DNA from: Candidatus Brocadiia bacterium
GTDB taxonomy: Bacteria > Planctomycetota > Brocadiia > SM23-32
DNA length: 64,000 bases
NCBI GenBank assembly: GCA_046538485.1
Contig: JBKHIT010000007.1
Location: 32,001-96,000 of the forward strand
Direction: 5' to 3'
Under the pieces are notes generated by a model. The model was given only the letters and a program-made list of their open reading frames with translations, had not been told where the DNA came from and ran no database searches. Every line of letters begins with the position of its first letter. Positions within the stretch are counted from its first letter, which is position 1. The translations under genes were made by a program, and so were the position numbers. Below, one piece after another: positions 49,227 to 58,378 of this stretch.

Positions 49227-51263
49227 ATGAACGGTGGAAATCTAAACGCTTTTTTTTGTGGGTTGGTTTGTCTTTTTATCGGTATTGCCAGCCCGGGGTG
49301 CATCCAGCTTCCCATAAAAGAAGAAGCTGAAGAGGCCGAGGGGCCGCCCCCAATGACTCAGGCTCAGCTCATCAGCTACGCTCAGGCTGAACAGCTCCTC
49401 GTCTCGGAAGAGCCTGCCACACGAGAAAAGGCCGCCATTAAGCTATTGGGGATGGGGAGACCAGAAGCAACCGAAGCGGTACTGGAACGCATGCAGAATG
49501 CGGAAGATCCACAGGCCCGTGTGGATATGATCAGGGCAGCGGCTTTCTGCCGAGCACACCGATGTTTTGAGGCGATATTGGAATCGATTAAGGACCCCAG
49601 TGACAAGGTCAAAAGGGCAGCGGCTGACGCTCTCGGCCATTTTGGCAAATCGGAAGAAATTGAAGCCATGAAAAAAATCGCTGGGGATTCCTCTACTTCC
49701 CCGCGTGTGCGCGAGTTGCTTTACCGGTCCCTGGGAGAAGGAATATTTTTGCAGGCAACACCTGTTCTTCTCCAGGGCCTGGATGATTCTCATCCTCAAG
49801 CTGCTGAAGCGGCGCTCTGGGCTTTGCGGCATATGTCGGGGCGTAATCTATCCGGGGAACCCGCGCGTTGGGAAAAGTGGTGGGCCGCGAATCGTGCGAG
49901 AACGCGAGAAGAGTTACTGGAGGAAAGGATCTGGAAACTTGAATCGAACTTAAAAATAAGCCAGAAAAAGCGCGACGAGCTTCAGGACGAACTGGATGAG
50001 CTTTCGAGCCTAATGAGGTATTCCGCCCGGAGCAACCCCGGCAGGTTGGTCAAGGCACTTCTGAGCGAACACCGCAGAATTCGTGAACATGCCGCTTACA
50101 AACTTTCGAGCCTGGATCGTGACATGTTGAAATCGGTTTCACTGAGTAGTAACGAGACGTACGAGACGCTCCGGCAAGCACTCGTGCGCAGTAGCCCGGC
50201 TATCCGGGAGAATATCGTTGAAGTTGTTGTCAAATTGGAGGGCAATCACCGCAATACGTTGCTGTTAGAGGCCCTCAATGACCACGATCCGGACGTTTTG
50301 GTAACAGCGATTGGTGCTGTTAACCAGCAGATGGGAAAGCCAGCCGTCGAGCGACTCAAGGAACTGCTTCAACACACAAAACCGAGTGTGCGGGAAAGCG
50401 CAGCCAATGCGCTCGGGAAAGTGGGTTCGGACGATGCTGTTCAATCCTTGCTCGGTGTGCTTAATGATAAAGCCGAGAATGTGCGATGGTTCGGTGTGGA
50501 AAGTCTGCGGAAACTTGATGCCGTCCGGGCCGTACCACGTCTGTGCGAAGTGCTTGAGAATGACGAAAGTGCCCGGGTGCGTGAAATTACGGCAAATGCG
50601 TTGGGAGACATTGGACAGCCTGCAGCGGTGCCCGTGTTGCGTGAGGCTCTTGCTGATAAAAACGAAAGGGTGCGAGAAGCAGCGGTGTCAGCCTTGAAAT
50701 CATTGGCAGAAAGCAATTTCGAACGGGCACTTATCATTGCCGAGATACTTAAAAAGAAAGATCGCGGCGAGGCGGCCATCGAAGTCCTCCGTAAAGGGAT
50801 ACAGGAATTTGGCGATAATGAAGAACTGGTCGAACAAACGCGTGAAGCACGCCTGGAGCTGGCGGAAATTCTGGAAAGACAGGAGGACTTTGTCGGGGCG
50901 GCAACCGTTTACCGAGAAATTGTAGCGCGTGGACATGACGATATGAAAATCCGAAGTGAGTTCATTGACTGCTGGTTCAAGGCTGGGGAACCCCAACGTA
51001 TTCTTGAGCTGATGAAGAAATGGCTCGATTCGGACGAAGGGGGGAAGCTGGAGGCGCTCGTTGATCTCGGGCTTGAAACCGTGAAAAAGCTACGGAAGGC
51101 GGACGAGCAGGAACTCGCGACTCAAGTTCTTGAAGTGCTCACAGCTGCAGCAACAAGAGCGGGAGAGGAAAAACTCCTGGAGCGTTTGAAAAAAGCGGAA
51201 ATCAAAAAGCCCGAAAAAGAGGGAGCGGACAACTCTGAAACGGAGAAAGAAAAGGAAGAGTAA
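49227..51263 (+). CDS. HEAT-repeat lipoprotein
   Basis: Lipobox SPGC, multiple VRxxAAxALG repeats, WEKWW motif, coiled coil. Confidence 0.85.
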   Translation: MNGGNLNAFFCGLVCLFIGIASPGCIQLPIKEEAEEAEGPPPMTQAQLISYAQAEQLLVSEEPATREKAAIKLLGMGRPEATEAVLERMQNAEDPQARVDMIRAAAFCRAHRCFEAILESIKDPSDKVKRAAADALGHFGKSEEIEAMKKIAGDSSTSPRVRELLYRSLGEGIFLQATPVLLQGLDDSHPQAAEAALWALRHMSGRNLSGEPARWEKWWAANRARTREELLEERIWKLESNLKISQKKRDELQDELDELSSLMRYSARSNPGRLVKALLSEHRRIREHAAYKLSSLDRDMLKSVSLSSNETYETLRQALVRSSPAIRENIVEVVVKLEGNHRNTLLLEALNDHDPDVLVTAIGAVNQQMGKPAVERLKELLQHTKPSVRESAANALGKVGSDDAVQSLLGVLNDKAENVRWFGVESLRKLDAVRAVPRLCEVLENDESARVREITANALGDIGQPAAVPVLREALADKNERVREAAVSALKSLAESNFERALIIAEILKKKDRGEAAIEVLRKGIQEFGDNEELVEQTREARLELAEILERQEDFVGAATVYREIVARGHDDMKIRSEFIDCWFKAGEPQRILELMKKWLDSDEGGKLEALVDLGLETVKKLRKADEQELATQVLEVLTAAATRAGEEKLLERLKKAEIKKPEKEGADNSETEKEKEE

Positions 51264-51326
51264 TCGCTCATCAGATGTCAGTCCTTCCCTCGCCGGTTAT
51301 CTTGCCAATATTACTGGCGAAGGCTC

Positions 51327-51746
51327 TCAGTGAATCAATTTTCCTGTCGTGCCGAGGTTAAGTTTGCCGTATTTAACCCCGCGCATACTGATGAGCTTTT
51401 CTCCGAAAGCGCGCACTTCTTTGCCCGGGCCTTTTAAAACGATAATTTCAAGACAATTATGGTGGTCAATATGGATGTGCAGCGATGAAATGACCTCTCC
51501 TACGTGCTCGTGTTGTGCGTCGAGTAAGCGGGTATCGACGGACATTTCATGGTGATCGTAGACCAGGAATAAGATGCCAAAATTTTCCGTTTCGCTGGCT
51601 GCCCACTCCTCTTCTACAAGTTCTTCCCGGATCAGGTCGCGGATAGCCTCCGAGCGGTTTTCATACCCCTTGTCTCGAATCAACCTGTCAAAGTTGTCGA
51701 GCAGGTCCATGTTGAGTGACACTCCAAAACGCACCGTTTCTGACAT
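51327..51746 (-). CDS. nikR: Nickel-responsive regulator NikR
   Basis: RFGVS...NRSEAIRDLIR (RHH domain), QH.H...SSLHIH...NCLE Ni ligands. Confidence 0.95.
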   Translation of the reverse strand: MSETVRFGVSLNMDLLDNFDRLIRDKGYENRSEAIRDLIREELVEEEWAASETENFGILFLVYDHHEMSVDTRLLDAQHEHVGEVISSLHIHIDHHNCLEIIVLKGPGKEVRAFGEKLISMRGVKYGKLNLGTTGKLIH

Positions 51747-52124
51747 TTCTATCCTCCTCAGACAAAACCTAAGCTGTCTGCGATAAACATTCTCAGCTTT
51801 AGTTGTTTACTCCACCACAGGTCCCGGGCTGGGGGAGACCTTTTGGCCTTCGCCAATTTTTGGACAGATCAGGCAGGCCCGATTGGCCCTTTACAGCATG
51901 CCAACAGACACACTGGTTGTCAACAGAGGGATTTGCGCTGTGGGTCCTGCGGGTGCTGATAGCCGTACATTTACCGAAAATCGTGCCGCCTGTTCCCATT
52001 GGACCGAGCGCAAATTCCTCAAGTTTCCTGCGGAAAAGTCGTTAAAGGTTGTGGTAATATAAACCTTATGTCTGGTGTCAATCATTCTGTAAGCTCGCAA
52101 CCTCGCTTCTCGACGGCGTATCCT

Positions 52125-52327
52125 GCAGACTCGAGTTCAACTGAGCCCGCCCCGGCGGGCGAAAGTGGACTTGAGGCGGACAGATGCCGGAAAATGCCAG
52201 GTAGCTGTCGGTCCGTATCGCCGAGGCGGACCTGCCGTTCGTTCTTCTGCTGTTTTGCTCCGAGACCTGCGGTTTATGGCCCGCGTTCTGAACTCCAGCC
52301 TCCGGCTGAAGTCTAGTCCGCTCGCGG
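52125..52327. repeat. Composite REP-like repeat (inverted relative to 20526-20830)
   Basis: Shares four modules with the 20.5-20.8 kb cluster and one each with 15154 and 59341. Confidence 0.8.
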
Positions 52328-52675
52328 ATCCGGACCCGCTTACAAATCCGCCGGGCTTGTCCCGGCGTGCTTAAGGATTCAACCTGCAATTGTGGGGTAA
52401 AAAGTTTTTTATGGCCATGCTAAGTCCCGATTGTGCAAATATTTCTGATCAACGCAAATGACTCTCAACATGAATGCGGGAGAAGGAAATTGCGCTGCAG
52501 GTCGTCTCGTGGTTTGGTGGCCGTGGATTCCAGGGTGAAAACTTTTTCAGCCCGGATTTTTTGATGTAGAAGCGCTTCTACGAGGTCAGTTGGAGGCGCG
52601 GCGCTAAGAGTAATACAGCCAAATCCCTGCGAGGCCGCAACGAAGAAATGACCCGGCAGAATTGCTCCCTACGGG

Positions 52676-52774
52676 CCGGACGGCGGCGGCCCATCTGCGG
52701 CGTTGCAGTTCGGCGTGGACCCACTTGGGTCGAACTTCTCACTGCACCTTGCATCTGAACCACCGACGACCGGC
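52676..52774. repeat. Long imperfect hairpin, MITE-like
   Basis: Degenerate terminal IR GCCGG.../...CCGGC, inner TGCAGT/ACTGCA and GACCCA/TGGGTC stems. Single copy here. Confidence 0.4.
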
Positions 52775-52823
52775 TGAACCCACAACATCAAATGGAACGG
52801 ACCACCAGCAGGTCCGGTGTCGA

Positions 52824-54293
52824 TTAATTTGCCGGGATTTCCAATTTTTTGGGTTCAGGCGCCGGAAACGGTAGCTGTTTGATGATCTTTTTGACTGAGA
52901 AACGTTGCGGGAACTGGAGGTGACCCTTTTGCCATGAACGGAGTTTCTTGATGAACCCGGAGTTGGTTTGGTGCCATGCGGCGACAACTCGCTTGCCCCA
53001 GTATCGCAGCATCGCGGTGCCGAACCGGAAAGTTGAGAGTGATCTGAGGGAGGACCGGACCGAATAGAACCGCCGGTTGGCGCGCATCGTGCCGAGTTGA
53101 AGTTCGAGGGGGGTCATTCTCGCGGGTTCGAAAACGACATGATGGCCGTCGTAAAGGGACCAGTCGCGGGTGATGATCCGATCTTCCTCCACCAATCGGT
53201 TGAACAACTGGGTTCCCGGAACCGGTGTGAGGATCAGGAACTGAACCGTATCGATTTGATTGTGGCTGGCAAATCCGATTGTTCTTTCAAAAGTTCCCTT
53301 GTCGTCGTGCTCCGCCCCGAACATGAACATGCCGTGGACCGGAATTCCGTAATCGTGGAACCCCTGGATGCTCTGTTTTATGTCGTTGACGCTCTGGTGT
53401 TTGTTGTAGTCGTCGAGGACTTTTTGGTTGACGGATTCGTAGCCGACATAGACACGGCTGCAGTTTGTCCGCTTGAGCAGGTCCATCATTTCTTCATCGC
53501 GCCATGTATCGGCGCGAACCTGCGCATACCAGCGTTTCGGGAGCCGGTTTTCGGTCAGGAGCCTGTCGAGCAGTTCTTTTGTTCGGCTCGGCACGGCCGT
53601 GAAATTGTCGTCGCACAAGAATACGTTTTTGCCTTTCCAGGATTTTGCTTCTTCCACCACCCGATCGATGCTGGCCATCCGATATCGGCGTCCAAACATC
53701 CCGGAGACACAACAGAAAGTGCAATTATGCGGACACCCCCGGGTTGTGAGGGCAGGAGTAATTTTCATCTGGTCGTGGTCTGCGATCAACTCGAGGTTGG
53801 GCATCGGGATCTCGTCGAGTTCGCATTTGAGGGGCTGGCGTTCGTTATGCACGATATCTTCGCCGTCCCGGTAAACGAGATTGGGGATGGAGGAGAGATC
53901 TCTGTTGTTTCCCAGGGCATCGACGAAGGCGGGGAAAGATTCTTCGGCTTCGCCCCTGAGGACGTAGTCTCCGAACTCAAGCCCTTCTTCCGGCATGAAG
54001 TTCGCATGGGGTCCCCCGAAAATGACGGGGATATCTCTCAAACCGAGAAGCCGGGCCATTGCGTATCCGCGGGGCGCGGTGGAGGAGGTTATGGAGATCC
54101 CCACCAGGTCGCTTTTAAATACGTCCCAGGCCCGCTGGGGGTTGAATTCGGTCAGGTCTTCGACGTAGATCGTGACGTCATGGCCTTGCTGTTCGAGAAT
54201 TGTGCCCAGGATTGGGAGCCCCAGCCGGGGGATGGCCAATCCGCTGTAAACGTGGTAGTCAGGGGAGCGAGGTTCAATCAGTGATATCTTCAT
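52824..54293 (-). CDS. B12-binding radical SAM protein
   Basis: N-terminal cobalamin-binding-type domain (LVGIS, GGPHA, GEAE), TRGCPHNCTFC, DDNF, GYES. Confidence 0.92.
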   Translation of the reverse strand: MKISLIEPRSPDYHVYSGLAIPRLGLPILGTILEQQGHDVTIYVEDLTEFNPQRAWDVFKSDLVGISITSSTAPRGYAMARLLGLRDIPVIFGGPHANFMPEEGLEFGDYVLRGEAEESFPAFVDALGNNRDLSSIPNLVYRDGEDIVHNERQPLKCELDEIPMPNLELIADHDQMKITPALTTRGCPHNCTFCCVSGMFGRRYRMASIDRVVEEAKSWKGKNVFLCDDNFTAVPSRTKELLDRLLTENRLPKRWYAQVRADTWRDEEMMDLLKRTNCSRVYVGYESVNQKVLDDYNKHQSVNDIKQSIQGFHDYGIPVHGMFMFGAEHDDKGTFERTIGFASHNQIDTVQFLILTPVPGTQLFNRLVEEDRIITRDWSLYDGHHVVFEPARMTPLELQLGTMRANRRFYSVRSSLRSLSTFRFGTAMLRYWGKRVVAAWHQTNSGFIKKLRSWQKGHLQFPQRFSVKKIIKQLPFPAPEPKKLEIPAN

Positions 54294-54457
54294 GGCGTGC
54301 GGGTACCCGTGAATCTGAGTCGGTCGGGAGAGGATGGTTACGGACGAGACAGCCGGTCACGTGTTGGTCACCTGCTGTTTTGCTATCGCTTGAGATGATA
54401 CGTGTGTTCAGTTGCAAAACTGCCTTCGGTACAGTCGGATAGTATGGGGAGCGGATG

Positions 54458-54534
54458 TGGTAGCGGGGGTGGGACTCGAACCCACGGCCTGAGGCTTATG
54501 AATCCTCCGCTCTAGCCAGCTGAGCTACCCCGCC
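54458..54534 (-). tRNA. tRNA-Met(CAT), elongator type, CCA encoded
   Basis: GGCGGGGTAGCTCAGCTGGCTAGAGCGGAGGATTCATAAGCCTCAGGCCGTGGGTTCGAGTCCCACCCCCGCTACCA. Position 1:72 pairs, so it is not an initiator. Ile2 is not fully excluded. Confidence 0.93.
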
Positions 54535-54557
54535 ACCGGTAAAACAACTACATATAT

Positions 54558-54585
54558 ATTATAAATCTTCCCCCCCTTTTGTCAA
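54558..54585 (-). promoter_or_regulatory. Sigma-70 promoter for the tRNA
   Basis: Minus strand TTGACA-16-TATAAT. Confidence 0.7.
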
Positions 54586-54602
54586 GAAGCTGCTGTTCTG
54601 AT

Positions 54603-54631
54603 TTGACAGCGGGACGACCACCTTCTATAGT
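54603..54631 (+). promoter_or_regulatory. Sigma-70 promoter for the hydrogenase-metVF operon
   Basis: TTGACA-17-TATAGT, back-to-back with the tRNA promoter. Confidence 0.7.
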
Positions 54632-54757
54632 CTTATTCTCTGACTCTGTCCGGGAGTGGGCGTCCGCCCCTCCATGGTTCGAGTGACTCCCATCTTGACG
54701 CCTTGATGGGCGTTGGAAATTGAAGACTCTGTGCGGCAGGAAATGAGGGAGAAAAAA

Positions 54758-55636
54758 ATGCCGGTAAAAGAGATACCTGTGATCTGGTTGCAGGGAGGCG
54801 GATGCTCGGGTTGCACTGTGTCGCTTGCCAATTCCAAGTTCCCCTCTTTGCGTAACATTTTGATCGATCAGCTCCTCCCCGGAGCGCACTTGAACCTTCT
54901 TTATCATCCCACTCTTATGGCTGGAGAAGGTGAGCAGGCGTTCTCGGTTCTGGAGGAACCCCCCGACGGGTATGTGCTGGCCGTGGAGGGGGCGATCCCC
55001 GAAAACGAGCGTTTCTGCACCATTGGTGAAAAGAACGGCGAAGAGGCGACCATGCTTGCCAAATTCGTGGAACTTGCCCGGGACGCCTCGCTCGTCCTGG
55101 CCGTCGGGACATGTTCATCATTCGGCGGAATACCGAGCGGGCATCCAAACCCGGGACAGTATCGGCCTGCGCATGAAATCATGCAGAAACATGACATCGA
55201 GATACCTGTGGTGAACGTGCCCGGTTGCCCGCCTCATCCGGATTGGATAACAACAACTCTGAGCGAATTCATGCTCGCCTCCGGCACCGAGGGCGTCGCC
55301 GTCGACAAGTGGCACCGTCCGCTGACAATCTACGGACAGCTCATCCACGAGAATTGTCCACGACGCGCTTATTTTGATGAGGGCAAGTTTGCTGAAACAC
55401 CCGGAGACCCCGAGTGCCTGTATGAACTCGGATGTAAGGGACCAATTACGTATGCCGATTGCCCCGTGCGGGAATGGAACGGGGGCACCAACTGGTGCGT
55501 CGGTGCAGGCGGGCCGTGTAATGGCTGCACGCAACCCGAATATATCGACGAGGTCACTCCGCTGTATCGCAAACTTCCCGAGGACGCACTGCCGAAGATT
55601 GGACAAGTTAACTCACCAGGAGATGATAATGAGTAA
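54758..55636 (+). CDS. [NiFe]-hydrogenase small subunit, group-1a/HysB-like, no Tat signal
   Basis: WLQGGGCSGC, GTCSSFGG, PGCPPHP, HENC, CLYELGCKGP...DCP...NWC...PCNGC. Confidence 0.95.
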   Translation: MPVKEIPVIWLQGGGCSGCTVSLANSKFPSLRNILIDQLLPGAHLNLLYHPTLMAGEGEQAFSVLEEPPDGYVLAVEGAIPENERFCTIGEKNGEEATMLAKFVELARDASLVLAVGTCSSFGGIPSGHPNPGQYRPAHEIMQKHDIEIPVVNVPGCPPHPDWITTTLSEFMLASGTEGVAVDKWHRPLTIYGQLIHENCPRRAYFDEGKFAETPGDPECLYELGCKGPITYADCPVREWNGGTNWCVGAGGPCNGCTQPEYIDEVTPLYRKLPEDALPKIGQVNSPGDDNE

Positions 55637-57170
55637 GAGCACAATTACCATCGACCCTGTTACCCGGATTGAAGGACACCTCGGGGTGCATGTGGAACAG
55701 GAAGACGGTACGGTGACCGAGGCCCGCTGTTCGGGAACTCTCTTCCGTGGTCTGGAAAGCATCATGGGAGGACGCGACCCTCGTGATGCCCCTATACTGA
55801 CACAAAGAATCTGCGGGGTTTGTCCTCAGGCGCACGCCACGGCTTCGGCTCGAGCGCTCGATGAAGCGTATGGTGTGGCCGATCAGGTGCCCGCCAATGG
55901 GCGCCTGCTGCGTGATATCCTGCTCGGAGCCAATTTCCTGCAATCCCACGTGCTCCATTTTTACCATCTCGCCGCTCTCGATTACGTCGATGTGACGGCG
56001 GTGCAGAAATATTCCGGAAATGATTCCGACCTGCAGGCCGTCAAAAATTTTCTTTCGCGAGGAAACGCTCAGCCGTTTGTGCCGCGCTATGAAGGCGATT
56101 ATCGGCTTGAGCCGGATGAGAATGTGGCGGCGACAAAACATTACGTTGAAGCACTCGATGTGCGAAGAAATGCCCACGAGTTGCTGGCCTTGTTCGGCGG
56201 CAAAATGCCCCATCAATGCACAGTCAATGTCGGCGGGGTCGGGACAGAAGTCACCTCCGACAAAGTGATGCGGGCGCTTTCGTATGTCGAGGATATCCTC
56301 GAGTTTGTGAACACCGCCTATCTGCCCGATATTCTGCTGGCCGCTGAACGATACCCCGATTACCTCAAGATCGGGGCCGGCTGTTCGCGTTTTCTGTCGT
56401 ATGGCGGTCTGGATTCAACGGGCGATCCAATGTTCAGCAGCGGAATCCTGACACCCGATAACGAATTTGTTGCGTTCGATCGAGATAAGATCCGAGAGGA
56501 AATTTCCAGCTCGTATTACGCGGGTGAATCGGAGTCGAATACGCCATTCGATAGCACGAGTGTTCCCGACGCGGAAAAAGACGGAGCTTATTCCTGGCTG
56601 AAATCCCCGCGCTACGATGGCAAGCCCTGCGAGGTTGGCCCCCTGGCCCGGATGATGATCGGCTATGCAGCCGGAAATAAGGCCGTCAAACCGGCTGTCG
56701 AAGGCTTGCTGGAAAAAACCGGATTGCAGCCCGTCCAGCTGAATTCAACTCTTGGTCGTCACGCCGCCCGCGCTCTGGAGACCAAACTGATGGCGGAAGC
56801 GATGAGAGAGTGGATTATGGCCCTTGAACCGGGCGCTTCCTGCACCCTCGGCCTGGATGTTCCGGAGTCGGGCCGGGGCGCCGGGCTCACGGAAGCCCCA
56901 CGGGGGGCGCTCAGTCATTGGGCCACGATCGAAGACGGCGAACTGGCGAACTACCAGTGCGTCGTCCCCACGACCTGGAACGGGTCCCCGCGAGATAATC
57001 AGAATGTCCCCGGGCCCATCGAGCAGGCCATTGAAAATGAAACCATCAAAGACCTGGACAATCCCTTCGAAGTGGTGCGGATTATCCGATCCTTTGACCC
57101 CTGTCTCGCATGTGCTGTTCATCTGCAGCGCCCGAAAGGTGAACTGCGGCTGGAGCTGCCCATAAAGTGA
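55629..57170 (+). CDS. [NiFe]-hydrogenase large subunit, group-1a/HysA-like (Cys, not Sec)
   Basis: IDPVTRIEGH, L1 QRICGVCPQAH, HFYHLAALDY, EAPRGALSHW, L2 FDPCLACAVH plus a C-terminal extension. Confidence 0.96.
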   Translation: MSKSTITIDPVTRIEGHLGVHVEQEDGTVTEARCSGTLFRGLESIMGGRDPRDAPILTQRICGVCPQAHATASARALDEAYGVADQVPANGRLLRDILLGANFLQSHVLHFYHLAALDYVDVTAVQKYSGNDSDLQAVKNFLSRGNAQPFVPRYEGDYRLEPDENVAATKHYVEALDVRRNAHELLALFGGKMPHQCTVNVGGVGTEVTSDKVMRALSYVEDILEFVNTAYLPDILLAAERYPDYLKIGAGCSRFLSYGGLDSTGDPMFSSGILTPDNEFVAFDRDKIREEISSSYYAGESESNTPFDSTSVPDAEKDGAYSWLKSPRYDGKPCEVGPLARMMIGYAAGNKAVKPAVEGLLEKTGLQPVQLNSTLGRHAARALETKLMAEAMREWIMALEPGASCTLGLDVPESGRGAGLTEAPRGALSHWATIEDGELANYQCVVPTTWNGSPRDNQNVPGPIEQAIENETIKDLDNPFEVVRIIRSFDPCLACAVHLQRPKGELRLELPIK

Positions 57171-57182
57171 GGAGTTCTTGCG

Positions 57183-57689
57183 ATGCACAAGAAGTCCCAA
57201 AAATCCCAGATCGCAATCATCGGGTTGGGAAACCTGTTGATGTCCGACGAAGGGATCGGGATCCACGCGATCCGGACCCTTCAGGACGGCTGTCAGGACG
57301 AGGGTGTTGTCTGGATTGATGGCGGCACCGACCCGTGGGCGGCCCTCTGGGAGGCGCGAGATTGTCAGCACGTGATCATAATCGATGCCGTGGAAGGCAA
57401 TGCGTTGCCCGGAACGCTCTACAGATGCGACATCGAAGAAGTGGAATCCGAAACCGGCGGGTTGTCCCTTCACGACACGAGTCTCAGCCAGATCGTCGCT
57501 TTTGAAGGGTCAGTGGGAAATGCGTTCGCCTCGGTCACGGTGCTGGGTATCGAACCGGACCGATTGGATTTTGGTATTGGCCTTTCCCAGACCTGCAGTA
57601 AGAAACTCTCCGAATTGATGCGGGTTGTCCGCTGTGAGATCGATAGATTGAAAAATGACAATAAAACCCAAGGAGTGCGGCCATGCTAG
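57183..57689 (+). CDS. Hydrogenase maturation protease
   Basis: GLGNLLMSDEGIG, DGGT, IIDAV, SLHD. Confidence 0.95.
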   Translation: MHKKSQKSQIAIIGLGNLLMSDEGIGIHAIRTLQDGCQDEGVVWIDGGTDPWAALWEARDCQHVIIIDAVEGNALPGTLYRCDIEEVESETGGLSLHDTSLSQIVAFEGSVGNAFASVTVLGIEPDRLDFGIGLSQTCSKKLSELMRVVRCEIDRLKNDNKTQGVRPC

Positions 57690-58378
57690 TAACCGAACTC
57701 AAGCCGCAGGAAGAGGTTCTGGAAGAACTCGAAGGCGATTCCAGCGTCTTTCTTCTGGGCTGTGACGGGTGCGCGAGCGCCTGCGAAACCGGAGGGGCGG
57801 AAAATCTTCCGACCCTCGTAGAAATGCTCGAGGATGCCGGAGTAAAAGTAACCGGCCAGACCTCGCTCGATTATCTGTGCAATAAATCGCTCATACGGTC
57901 GCACCTGCGACCCTACGAGGACGACATCGTGAAATCGGACTGCGTCCTTGTTGCAACGTGCGGGGTCGGAGTTCAGTGTGTCGCCGACAGCGTTCTCAAG
58001 CGCACCAGACCCGCCTGCAATACCGTCAATATGGGCGGATCGGGTGGCACTCAGATGTCAACCGAGCGTTGCGCCGAATGTGGCGATTGCCTGCTGGATC
58101 AGACGGGCGGAATCTGCCCGATCACCGGATGCTCCAAAAGTATGGTGAATGGCCCCTGCGGCGGCACAACGAGCGACGGAAAATGCGAAGTCGATAGCAA
58201 AAGGGATTGTGGTTGGTACAGGATCTATGAGCGCTTGAAAGACTTGAAAGCACTCGATCAAATGAAAGAAATTGCCCCACCGAAAAAATACGGATTGTTC
58301 CTGCCGTCATACGAACGAATGACCAGCGAATTCTGGGCGGTCCAGGCTCAGTCAGAGCAAGGAGGGGACGATGAGTAA
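57683..58378 (+). CDS. metV: Methylene-THF reductase small (Fe-S/Zn) subunit MetV
   Basis: GCDGCA..C, CGVGVQ, CAECGDC......GICP...CSKSMVNGPCGG....KCEV....CGW. Confidence 0.92.
   Translation: MLVTELKPQEEVLEELEGDSSVFLLGCDGCASACETGGAENLPTLVEMLEDAGVKVTGQTSLDYLCNKSLIRSHLRPYEDDIVKSDCVLVATCGVGVQCVADSVLKRTRPACNTVNMGGSGGTQMSTERCAECGDCLLDQTGGICPITGCSKSMVNGPCGGTTSDGKCEVDSKRDCGWYRIYERLKDLKALDQMKEIAPPKKYGLFLPSYERMTSEFWAVQAQSEQGGDDE

Noticed and set aside
51750..51900. Known riboswitch (NiCo, cobalamin, ZTP) or tmRNA/SRP piece upstream of nikR
   Set aside because: Only fragmentary word matches (e.g. TCCACCA, TGGCGAA). The conserved cores are missing.
54458..54534. tRNA as an integration site for a genomic island
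   Set aside because: No integrase and no duplicated tRNA 3' end found in the window.
57095..57125. Selenocysteine in the hydrogenase L2 motif
   Set aside because: Both codons are TGT (Cys), with no in-frame TGA.
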